From Mobula hypostoma (Eukaryota), in contig NC_086108.1 of assembly GCF_963921235.1 (NCBI RefSeq), positions 17,298,001-17,362,000 of the forward strand: a stretch of 64,000 bases of DNA, written 5' to 3'. Below, piece by piece: positions 1 to 11,236 of the stretch. Made by a program: the position numbers and the translations under genes. The notes under the pieces are model-generated. The model saw nothing but the letters and a program-made list of their open reading frames with translations. It did not search any database and was not told the DNA's origin. Every line of letters starts with the position of its first letter. Position 1 is the stretch's first letter.

Positions 1-1109
1 CAGGGGCTTCCTTCAGACTGGGTCATGACCAGGCCTGAAGAACCACCGGGAAAACGTGCTGCAGTTAGGAAGCCATGGGTGCACACTTAGAGAAGTACCT
101 GTTTGTTGAATGTTTAGCTTTGCAGTTGTATAACTTGGTGGGGGAGGGAGTGGCTGGAGGGGTGGTTAATGAAGTACGTGTTTGAGTTAGAATTGTTATT
201 GAATATTTAGTGTCCTATTTTTGTAACTTAGGGAGCTTAGATGAGCACTTGTTTGACTTAGATGCTTGGTTGAGTGCGTCACTTTTTTGTAAATAAATAT
301 CAATGTGCTTACTTGCAAATTCAGTTTTTTCTGTCCCATTTACTGAATCTGCGAATTTGCTTTCACATAACAGAGGCAGAGTCAGGCCAGGTATAAGAGA
401 ACTGATTGTTATATAAAAACTGCAAACTTTCAGTTTTTCTTTTGTCATTGTTCTTTATTTCTGAAGAACACAAGTAGTGATAACGAAGCATAGGATATCG
501 TTATTGTAATTACACCAGCAATCCATATCTGCGTCTTTTTCAAAACCACTGTCATGTTCTTACAATATGTATATTCCAACATGATTAGTCTTTGCACAGT
601 TTAGTTTACACAAAAGCCATTCCTTCCCCACCCCGATTAGATTTATCTTTTCCACTGTGTGTTTGGCTTTGGGTTGGGAGAGAAAAAACTTTCCCACAGA
701 TAGAAACACATTGTATTTGTACTGATACCTGGAAATCCAAAGGTAATTTTTAAGTGTTAGTCAGACCAGATTTCATACTGAGCTAATATTGTTGATTTGG
801 CTGACCTATCATGACTGTTACATTCCCGACCCCACCCATCCACTGACAGATGTGAGATCCTCAGCGGAAGCCAATGCCTCATTCAGCAGTCACACGGTTT
901 CCTTCCCATTCATTTTAGTAGAAGTGGTCAAGCAGGTTTCTACCCAGAATAGGACACCCTCCCTGTTCTGATCTTCCTCTCTGTTTACCTCCACCCATTT
1001 TCCCTCTCATTCTCACATCCTGGCAGAGAGAACTTTCAGCTGCCCAGTTCTGCTCAGCCAACAGAACTGCTTCTAGTTGCATTCCTTACCAATAGCAGCA
1101 GTTATCACA

Positions 1110-1322
1110 AACACAAGAGACTGTGCAGATGCTGGAAATACAGAGCAACGCACACAAAATGCCAGAGGAACTCGGCAGGTCAGGCAGCATCTATAGATAA
1201 AAATAAAGAGTTGATACTTTGGGCCAGAACCCCTCATCAGGACCTGATGAAGGGTCTCAGCTCAAAATGTTGACTCTATTTCTCTGACCTGCTGAGTTGG
1301 TCTAGCATTTTGTGTGTGTTGC
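1110..1322. mobile_element. Penelope-like pLTR fragments in fold-back arrangement, each arm with a degenerate minimal hammerhead motif
   Basis: Arms are inverted around catcaggacctgatg (~1236-1250); plus arm reads CTGATGAAGGGTCTCAGCTCAAAATGTTGAC; same repeat family as 3634-4207 and 35340-36008. Confidence 0.7.
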
Positions 1323-1789
1323 AGTAGCTATCACTCTGTTTTTGACACAAGAGACTGCATATACTGGAATTTGGGGTAGCAAACAATATAGGTCAGGAAG
1401 CCTCTGTGGAAGTTTTGGGTGGAGATCTTGCATCAGAACTGAGAGGGTAGAGGGGAGGTAGCCATCATAAAGAAGTGAGAGGGAGGGGTGCAGGCTGGTA
1501 GGTAAAAATATGAGATGGAGCTAGGGGAGGGAGTAGTTAGAGACAAGAAGTTAGCAGGCAATAATAGGAACTAGGTAAGTGAGGGATGATGGGAAATTCA
1601 ACCAGATGGTGTAGGGGTCAGGAAAGGTATGCCAAAGGAGAAGAAAACAAGGCAGATAAGTCTGTGAGTGAAGGGAAGGTGGAACCAGATGGGGAAGGAT
1701 GCTGTCCGGATACTCGGGGGTGGCGGGGGCCGGGGGTAGAATGGAAAAGCTGAACAGAAGGACAGAGACCATAGGTGGATTGATTGGAG

Positions 1790-2070
1790 TGGAATAGGAA
1801 TACAGGGTTACCTGAAATGTTCAGACCATTGGGTTTAAAGGTGAAATATGAGGTGCCATTCTACTAGTTTGTGTTTGGCCTCACTGTGGCAGTGGAGAAG
1901 GCTGAGGACAAGCAGGTGACTGTGGGAATGAGGGTTGGGGGGCGGGTGGGATTTGAAATGACATGGCACCAGAAGCTCAAGCTGGCTGTTTATCACTTTG
2001 TTGTCTCACCAGGTTGCCAAACCACAGTGTAGCCTTTCAATCTAGGAGAGGTCCACATAGACCACCGCTG
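1790..2070 (-). mobile_element. Degraded Penelope-like GIY-YIG C-terminal fragment
   Basis: Similar by eye to the better-preserved copies at 3960-4207 and 44840-45040. Confidence 0.5.
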
Positions 2071-2120
2071 ACAGCAGAACATCTTGGGGGTGTTTACAAG
2101 AAAGGGTTAAATGTATCAGC

Positions 2121-3036
2121 TATCGAAATCCCTTTAGTTATATGAGAGTCAGATTCAGTCATAGATATGTGCTAACACACGTGCTAATGAGTGCAAGAAT
2201 AGCATGATCAGGCATATTAATGCGTGGCTGAGAGACTGGTGTAGCGGAAAGGGTTCCTGGATCATTGGGGCCTCTTCTGGGGGAGGTACGATCTGTACAA
2301 CAAGGACAGGTTACACATGAACACAAAGGGGTCCAATATCCTAGCAGGCTTGGGAGTCCTTGTGCAGGATACCCTAAGGTTGAGTCGGTGGTGAAGAAGG
2401 CAAATGCAATGTTGGCATTCATTTCTAGAAGTATAGAACATAAGAGCAGGGATGTGATGTTGAGGCTCTATAAGGCACTCATGAGACCACACTTGGAGTA
2501 CTGTGTACAGTTTTGGGCACCTTATTTTAGAAAGGATATACTGAAATTGGAGAGGGTTAAGAGAAGATTCACAAGAATGTTTCCAGGAATGAAAGGGTTA
2601 TCGTATGAGGAACGTCTGGCAGCTCTTGGGCTGTATTCCCTGGAGTTCAGGAGAATGAGGGGAGATCTCATAGAAACATTCCAAATGTTAAAAGGCCTGA
2701 ACAAATTAGATATGGCAAAGTTATTTTCTATGGTAGGGAAGTCCAGAACAAGAGGGCACGACTTCAGGATTGAAGGACATCCGCTTAGAACAGAGACGCA
2801 GAGAAACTACTTTAGTTAGAGAGAATTTGTTGCCACAAGTGACTGTGGAGGCCAAGTCATTGGGTGCATTTAAGGCAGAGATAGATAGGTTCTTGATTAG
2901 CCAGGGCATCAAAGGGTATGGGAAGAAGGCAGGGGAGTGAGGATGACTGAAAGAATTGGATGATTGAATGGCGGAGCAGAATCGATGGCTGAATGGCCTA
3001 CTTCTGCTCCTATATCTTATGATCTTATGGTCTTAT
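2121..3036 (+). mobile_element. CR1 LINE, internally deleted (ORF1 esterase fragment joined to ORF2 C-terminus and 3' UTR)
   Basis: ORF 2265-2819 contains LYKALMRPHLEYCVQFWAPY...LEFRRMRGDLIETF...RTRGH; tail tcttatgatcttatggtctta. Confidence 0.9.
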
Positions 3037-3633
3037 ATCAGAAGCAGAAGGCTATTCGGCCCCTTGACACTGTTGCTCTGTGTCCGATCTGATTGTAACC
3101 CCAACTTCAGATTCCCGTCGACCCCGGTAATATTTCACCTCCTTGATGTGCAAGCATATGCAGCACAATATTCAAAGACTCTGTTTCCACCACTGTTTGA
3201 GGAAGAGAATTCCAAAGACTCACAGCTCTCTGAAAGAAAAATATAAATAGTGCTGCTCGCAGGAGTTGGGGGGAGCGGTTAAACTAGAGTTGCAGGGGGA
3301 TGGAAACCAGAATGCCAGAGCAGACAGTGGAGACCTTGAGGGAGAAAGATGTTGTTAAACCTACATCAAAGTCAGTAATCAAAAGGTTGAGCATGGTGGG
3401 ACCAATGTTCTGAGCTGCATATATTTCAATGTGAGAAATATTATAGAAAAGTGGATGAGCTCAGAGCATGGATTTGCACATGAAATTATGATATTGTAGT
3501 CATGAGTGAGACTTGCAAGAAGGACAGGACTGGAAGCTCAATATTCCGGGGTTCTGTTGTTTTAGAGGTGATAGAGCAGGTGGAGGGGTGGCATTACAAG
3601 TCAGGGAAAATTGTCACAGCAATACTCAGACAG

Positions 3634-4207
3634 CACACTCACAACACGCTGGAGGAACTCAGCAGGTCAGGCAGCATCCATGGAAATGATGAGTTGACAT
3701 TTCGGGTCGGAACCCTTCGTCAGGACTGAAGAGGGAAGGGGCAGGGGCAGGGGCCCTATAAAGAAAATGGGGGAGGGTTGGAAGTAGAAGGTTGGTAGGT
3801 TCAGTTGAAAAACCAGTAATTTGAAAGACAAAGGGGTGGGGGAGGGGAAGCAGGGAGGTGATAGGCTGGAAAACAATGGGTAGTAGAAGGAGGCGGAACC
3901 ATGAGGGAGGTGATAGGCAGCTGGGGGAGGGGCAGAGTGAAATAGGGATAGAGGAAGGGAAGGGGAGAGAATTACTGGGAGTTGGAGAATTCTATGTTCA
4001 TACCAAGGGGCTGGAGGCTACCTAGACGGTATATGAGATGTTGCTCCTCCAACCTGAGTTTAGCCTCACCATGGAAGTAGAGGAGGCCACATATGGACAT
4101 ATCCGAAGGGAATGGGAAGCAGAGTTGAAGTGGGTGGCTACTGGGAGATCCTGTCTGTTGTGGCAGATGGAGCAGAGGTGCTCAACGAAGCGGTCCCCCA
4201 ATCTGCG
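3634..4207 (-). mobile_element. Penelope-like element 3' part (GIY-YIG end plus pLTR with minimal hammerhead at 3691-3728)
   Basis: Minus strand encodes ...QDLPVATHFNSASH..DMSI..L...KLRLEEQHLIYRLGSLQPLGMNIEF; HHR-like CAGTC CTGACGA AGGGTTCCGACCC GAAA TGTC. Confidence 0.85.
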
Positions 4208-4541
4208 CCAGGACTGGGGAGCTTGTTCAGTGAGGCTTTATTGGTAGAATTGGGGAATGTGAAAGGCATGGCCATGTTATTAGGAATATATTATAGACCC
4301 CCAACAGTCCATGGGATTTAGAGGAGCAATTTTGTAGAGAGATCGCAGACTGTTGCAAGAAACATAAGGTTATGATAGTAGGTAATTTTAACTTTCCACA
4401 TATTGACTGGGACTCCATACTGTAAAAGGGCTGGATGGGAAAGAGTTTGTCAAATGTGTTCAGGAAAGTTTCCTTCATGAAAGTACATAGAAATCCCAAC
4501 TAGAGCGAGGGCAATGCTTGATCTGCTAGTAGGGAATAAGC

Positions 4542-5657
4542 CCATAAGACCACAAGATGTAGAAGCAGAATTAGGTCATTTGGCCCATCGAATCTGCTCT
4601 GCCATTTCATCACAGTTGATCCAATTTTCTTCTCAGCCCCAATCTCCAGCCATCTCCCTGTATCCCTCTTGCCCTAACCAATCAAGAATCTATCAGCCTC
4701 TGCCTTAAATATACATAAAGGCTTCACGTCCACAGCTGCCTGATTCCACAGATTCACCCCTCTCTGGCTAAAGAAACTCCACCTCATCTCCGGTTTAAAA
4801 GAACTCCCCTCTATTCTGAGGCGGTGTTCTCTGATCTTCAATTCTCTCACCATAGAAACATCCTTTCCACATTCACTCTAACAAGGCCTTTCACCATTCA
4901 GTAAGTTTCAATGTGGTCACCCCTCATCTTCAGAATTCTAGCGAATACAGGCACAGAGCCATCAAACAAATATGACAAGCTATCCAATCCTGGAATCATT
5001 TTCGTGAACCTCCTTTGAACTCTGTCCAGTTTCAACACAGCCTTTCTTAGATAAGGGGCCCAAACCTGCTCACAATACTCCAAGTCAGGCCTCACCAGTG
5101 TTTGGTAAAGTCTCAACATTACATCCTTGCTTTCATATTCCAGTCCTCTTGAAATGAATGCTAACATCGTATTTGCCTTCTTCACTACAGATTCAATCTG
5201 CAAATTAACCTTTAGGGAATCCTGCACAAGGACTCCCAAGTCCCTTTGTGCCTCAGCCTTTTTTCCTATTTTCTCTCCATTTAGAAACCCTTTAACTCCT
5301 TCTACTAAAATGAATGACCATACACCTCCCAACACTGTTCCCAAAATCTGCCACATCTTTGCCCATTCTCCTTGTCAAACTAAGTCCTTCTGTAGTTTCT
5401 CTACTTCCTCAGAACTACCTGCCCCCTCCATCTATCTTTGTATCATCTGCAGACCATGCAACAAAGTCATCAATTCCATCGTCCAAATCATTGAAATATG
5501 AAGTAAAAAGAATCGGTCCCAATACAGACCCCTAGAACATCACTAGTCTTGGGCAGCCAACCACAAAAGGCTCCATTTATTCCCACTCTTTGCCTTGTGC
5601 CAATTAACCACTGCTAGAATCTTTCCTGTAATACCATGGGCTCGTAGCTAGTTAAGA
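4542..5657 (-). mobile_element. 5'-truncated CR1 LINE
   Basis: ORF 4898-5356 has QRDLGVLV...LYQTLVRPDLEYC...RGDHIETY; tail at the left end (cataagaccacaag). Confidence 0.9.
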
Positions 5658-5918
5658 ATGAGAAAGGGCAGGTGAGAGAAGTTAGTGAAGTGGAATACTT
5701 TGCATCTAGCAATCATAATGCCATTAGTTTCAAGGTAATTATGGAAAAGGATAGGTCTGGTCCATGGGTTGAGATTCTAAATTGAAGAAAGGCCAATTTT
5801 GATGGGATCAGAAAGGATATGGCAAATGTGGATAGGGATAGGTTGGTTACTGGCTCAGGTATACTTAGTAAGTGGGAGGCCTTCCCAAGTGAAATTTTGA
5901 GAGTATAGTGTTTGAATG

Positions 5919-7435
5919 GAAACATAGAAACATAAAAAACCTACAGCACAGTACAGGTCCTTCAGCCCTTAAAGCTGTGCCGAACATGTTCTTACCTTAG
6001 AACTACCTAGGCTTACCCATAGTCCTCTATATTTCTAAGCTCCATGTACCTACCCAGGAGTCTCTCAAAAGGCCCTATCATATCTGCCTCCACCACTGTC
6101 ACCAGCAGCCCATTCCAAGCACTCACCACTCTCTGCGTAAAAAACTTACCCCTGACATCCCCTCTGTACCTTCTTCCAAGCACTTCAAAAATGTTAGCTA
6201 TTTCAGCCCTGGGAAAAAGCCTCTGACTATCCACACGATCAATGCCTCTCATCATCTTATACACCACTCATCAGGTCACCACTCTAAGGAGAAAAGGCCG
6301 AGTTCACTCAACCTATTCTCATAAGCCATGCTCCCCAATCTGGCCAACATCCTTGTAAATCTCCGCACCCTTTAATCAGTTTCCACATACTTCCTGTGGT
6401 GAGGTAACCAGAACTGAGCACAGTACTCCAAGTAGGGTCTGACCAGGTTCCTATATAGCTGTGACATTACTTCTCAGCTCTTAAACCCAATCCCACTGTT
6501 GATGAAGGCCAATGCACCGTATGCCTTCTAAACCAGAGTCAACCTGAACAGCAGCTTTGAGTGTCCTATGGACTTGGATCCCAAGATCCCTCTGATCCTC
6601 CGCACTGCCAAGAGTCTTACCATTGATACTATATTTTGCCATCATATTTGACCTAACAAAATGAACCACCTCACACTTATCCGGGTTGAACTCCACCTGC
6701 CACTTCTCAGCCCAGTTTTGCATCCTATCGATATCCCATTGTAACCTCTGACAGACCTCCACACTATCCACAACACCTCCAACCTTTGTGTCATCCCTTA
6801 CTAACCCATCCCTTTACTTCCTCATCCAGGTAATTTATAAAAATCACGAAGAGAAGGGGTCCCTGAGGCACTCCACTAGTCACCAACCTCCATGCAGAAT
6901 ATGACTCATCTACAACCACTCTTTGCCTTCTGTGGGCAAGCTAGTTCTGGATCCACAAAGCAAGGTCCCCATGGATCCCATGCCTCCTTACTTTCTCAAT
7001 AAGCCTTGTATGGGGTAACTTATCAAATGCCTTGCTGAAATCCATATACACCACATCTACTGTTCTACCTTCATCAATGTGTTTACTCACATCCTCAAAA
7101 AATTCAATCAGGCTCATAAGGCACAACCTGCCTTTGACAAAGCCTTGCTGACTATTCCTAATCATATTATGCCTCTCCAAATGTTCATAAATCCTGCCTC
7201 TCAGGATCTTCTGCATCTACTTACCAAACCACAGAAGTAAGATTCACTGGTCTATAATTTCCTGGGCTATCTCTACTCCCTTTCTTGAATAAGGGAACAA
7301 CATCTACAACCCTCCAATCATCCAGAACTTCTCCTGTCCCCATTAATGATGCAAAGATCATTGCCAGAGACTCAGCAATTTCCTCCCTCGCCTTCCACAG
7401 TAGCCTGGGATACATCTTCTCCGGTCCCACAGACT
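5919..7435 (-). mobile_element. 5'-truncated CR1 LINE, (CTATGTTT)n-tail subfamily
   Basis: RT motifs PLFKKG..PGNYRPV.LTS, Q.GF.KGR.C, YMDFSKAFDK, W...FNPDKC; tail gaaacatagaaacata. Confidence 0.9.
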
Positions 7436-7937
7436 TGAAACATAGAAACATAGAAAGGATATGGCAAATGTGGATAGGGATAGGTTGGTTACTGGCTCAG
7501 GTATACTTGGTAAGTGGGAGGCCTTCCCAAGTGAAATTTTGAGAGTACAGTGTTTGTATGGAAACATAGAAACATAGAAAACCTACAGCACAATATAGGC
7601 CCTTCAGCCCACAAAGCTGTGCCGAACATGTCCTTACCCATAGCCTCCTATTTTTCTAATCTCCATGTACCTATCCAGGAGACTCTTAAAAGACCCTATT
7701 GTTTCTGCCTCCACCACTGCTGCCGGCAGCCCATTCCACGCACTCACCACTCTCTTCATAAAAATCTTACCCCTAACATCTCTTCTGTACTTTCTTCCAA
7801 GCACCTTAAAACTATGCCTTCTCGTGTTAGCCATTTCAGCCCTGGGAAAAAGCCTCTGACTATCCACACAATCAATGCCCGTCATCATCTTGTACACCTC
7901 TATCAGGTCACCTCTCATCCTCCGTTGCTCCAAGGAG

Positions 7938-9538
7938 TTACAAAATACACGTGGCCTAAGATGTTAACTGTCCTGTGCTATCACCAGTGGGATCATCAGT
8001 TGATCTGCCACCTGTCTTCAGGAGTTTCAGCCCACTTATGATCAAGACTCCCTCGAGGTGGTGGGCCAGCAGTGCGAAAGCACCACCTCCCACTGGTGAG
8101 CTTAAAAACTTGGCATCTGCTTCTATCAGAGTTGTTGGTCACTTCCATCCAACAGATAGTCTGCTCTTCAGGTGTCTATGCAACTACTGAAGGGTTTGCA
8201 AAAGATGTATACACTGTCTGACTATCTGCCCCTCTGGACATACTTGGTGCACACCCATGCTGATCCTTTCTCTGCTGCCTCAGCTACAGCCCTGCTAGTT
8301 GACATGATCTCTCTTCTAGTGAAGCCAAGGTCACGCAGCCACTTCTGGAGACTGAACGCAATAAACCCACGGCAGCCTACTTTGAATGGATAGCATGAGA
8401 CCTTCCACCCTCTGTCTCTGCACTCTGATCTTAATTCTGCATACTTGGTTAACTTGCGCTCATGGGCTTCATCGATGTTGTCTTCCCAGGGGACTTTGAG
8501 TTCACCAATAACCACTTCTCTACCGGTGTCAGACCATACGATTATATCTGGACGCAATGTTGTGAAAGCTATTTGCTCTGGGAAACTGCCTTTCCCGTCC
8601 AGGTCAGCCTTGACACACCAATCATTGGCTGAAGAAAGTATGCTTGATCATGAGCCTGCGCTGTACTCGTTGATCTTCTGTTCCATTGCCTAATGCTCTT
8701 GGAGATCAGCAAGCCCTGGCTTGTCACCCTCACTTGCTACCTTCCACCTCTGTCTCAATGATCTAAGCTCTCTCCTCAACCTACTAACCTCCTTCTGGCG
8801 CCTGCTTGTTTGCTGTGTAGGCTTTGCTTTCTTCAACTCAACCAAACCAGACCTGTACTTTCCAACATCGTAAATCATATCACCCATCACTTCCAACTTT
8901 CTCTTTGATGTTCCCCTGAGAGTGTTCTCCAACATCATACTGATATCCTCATCAAATACACGCTAAGCCTTCTCAACTGCCATTGCTGGCCACTTGACCT
9001 TCCTCTTCTTCTCTACCTCCACACCACCGCCATCATGCGAAGGATCTACCTGGGTATTGTGGTCTGAAACCTGACCCGGGTTATCTCTCTTCTGACCTGG
9101 AGTATGATGACTCTCTCCAGAGCGAATCGCTGTGGCTTGGGAATCAGTGGTTGAAAAGACCACATCATCTGTGCTTGGTGAAGTAATCTCATCTTCATCC
9201 ACTGGGATGGAATAGCACTTCAACTTTGCTTGGTGGACTCGTAAACCTTTAATGCTGGAAAATGCTCTCCTACACGAACACACTGGACACTCAGAGCCTC
9301 TTATCCTAGCTCTTGGTCGTAGTTGTTCCCTGTAATTAACCGTATCCGTCTGATTGGGTCCATCATTCTCCCTCCCTCTTGGAGGAGCCTGAGGGTATGT
9401 TTCTCCATGTGAACCAGAAGCTTCAAGAGGTAGGTGCTCTTCTGAGCTGGTGCCCGGACTGCCAATCCTGACACCCCCCGGTGCCAGTCTTTCCTGGCTG
9501 TCCGCTGTCTCTCCACGCTGTCACCGGACTATTCCCAG
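7938..9538 (-). mobile_element. HERO/R2-group (REL endonuclease) non-LTR retrotransposon, internally deleted and lacking RT
   Basis: N-terminal zinc finger CSCRRAFSSIKGLRVHQAKLKC, then VKWPA; C-terminal PD-(D/E)xK domain RPDIIVW...ELKVPWED..EAHERKLTKY..L...GW.....F.VGCRG (8222-8557); flanked by AGGAG at 7933-7937 and 9539-9543, where the CR1 reads through. Confidence 0.88.
7986..8061 (-). ncRNA. Candidate non-circularly permuted (pseudoknotted) hammerhead ribozyme with a kink-turn, in the HERO 3' UTR
   Basis: Minus-strand RNA: CCACCU CGA GGGAGU C UUGAUC AUA AGUGGG CU GAAA CUCCU GAA GA C AGGUGG CA GAUCAA CUGAUGA U CCCACU. Stem III GGGAGU/ACUCCU, stem I UUGAUC/GAUCAA, stem II CCCACU/AGUGGG. 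Confidence 0.75.
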
Positions 9539-9639
9539 AGGAGAAAAGGCCAAGTTCACTCAACCTATATCTCATAAGACATGCTCCCCAATCAGGCAAC
9601 ATCCTTATACATCTTCTCTGCACTCTTTCTATGGTTTCG

Positions 9640-10072
9640 TAGAAACATAGAAAATAGGTGCAGGACTAACCCTTTGAGCTTGCACTGCCATTCAGTATGA
9701 TCATGGCTGATCATCCAACTCAGAACCCTGTACCTGCTTTCTCTCCATACCCCCGATCCCTTTAGCCACAAGGGCCATATCTAACTTCCTCTTAAATATA
9801 GCCAGTGAACTGGCCTCAACTGTTTCCTGTGGCAGAGAATTCCACAGATTCACCACTCTCTGTGTGAAGAAGTTTTTCCTCATCTTGGTCCTAAAAGGCT
9901 TCCCCTTTATCCTTAAACTGTGACCCCTCGTTCTGGACTTCCCCAACATCGGGAACAATCTTCCTGCATCTAGCCTGTCCAACCCCTTTAGAATTTTATA
10001 CGTTTCAATAAGATCCCCCCTCAATCTTCTAAATTCCAGCGAGTATAAGCCTAGTCAATCCAGTCTTTCTTC
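9640..10072 (-). mobile_element. CR1 3' fragment of a different subfamily, nested in the CR1 at 7561-10960
   Basis: ORF 9701-10024 LRGDLIETYKILKGLDRLDAGRLFPM...RTRGH; tail tagaaacataga. Confidence 0.85.
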
Positions 10073-11236
10073 ACCTCACATCCTTCCTGTAGTGAGGTGA
10101 CCAGAACTGAGCACAGTACTCCAAGTGGGGTCTGACCAGGTCCTATATAGCTGCAACATTACATCTCGGCTCTTAAATTCAATCCCACGATTGATGAAGG
10201 CCTATGCACCATATGCCTTCTTAACCATAGAGTCAACTTGCGCTGCAGCTTTGAGTGTCCTGTTGACTCGGACCCCAAGATCCCTCTGATCCTCCACACT
10301 GCCAAGAGTCTTACCATTAATGCTATATTATGTCATCATATTTGACCTACTAAAATGAAACACCTCATACTTATCTTGGTTGAACTCCATCTGCCATTTC
10401 TCAGCCCAGTTTTAAATCCTATTAATGTCCCGCTGTAACCTCTGACAGCCCTCCACACTTTCCACAACACCCTCAACCTTTGTGTCATCAGCAAATTTAC
10501 TAACCCATCCCTCCATTTCCTCATCCAAGTCATTTATAAAAATCACGAAGAGTAGGGGTTCCAGAACCGATCCCTGAGGCACACCACTGGTCACCGACCT
10601 CCATGCAGAATATAGACTTATCCAACTTGGTGCTTTCCAAAAGCTCCAGCACATCCTCTTTCTTCATGTCTATATGCTCAAACTTTTCAATCCACTGTAA
10701 GTCATCCCTACCATTGCCAAGGTCCTTTTCCGTAGTGAATAATGAAGCAAGCATTCATTAAGTATCTCCGTTACCTCCTCTGTTTGCATACACACTTTTC
10801 CACTGTCACATTTGATTGGTCCTATTCTCTCACTTCTTATCCTCTTGTTCTTTACATACTTGTAGAATGCCTTGGGGTTTTCTTTAATCCTGCTCGCCAA
10901 GGCCTTCTCATGTCCCCTTCTGGCTCTCCTACTTTCATTCTGTCCTTTCTGTCATCTTCCTATATGTTCCTGTCAGAATAAAAGGCAAGGATAACAGGTT
11001 TAAGGAACCATGGTTTTTGAGAGATATTGAGGCCCTGGTTAAGAAAAAGGAGGAGGTGCACAGCAGGTATAGGCAGGAAGGAATAAATGAGGTACTTAAC
11101 AAGTATAAGTAGTGCAAGTGAACACTTGAGAAAGAAATCAGGAGGGCTAAAAGAAGGCATGGAGTTGCTCTGGCAGACCAGGTGAAGAAGAATCCTGAGG
11201 GATTCTACAGATATATCAAGAGCAAAAGGATAATAA

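Larger units (their letters stand above)
7561..10960 (-). mobile_element. CR1 LINE interrupted by a HERO element (7938-9538) and another CR1 fragment (9640-10072), with an internal deletion near 10617
   Basis: [29 protein letters not shown] (10412-10654), IKENPKAFYKYV, and 3' end RMRGDLIEVYK. Confidence 0.9.
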
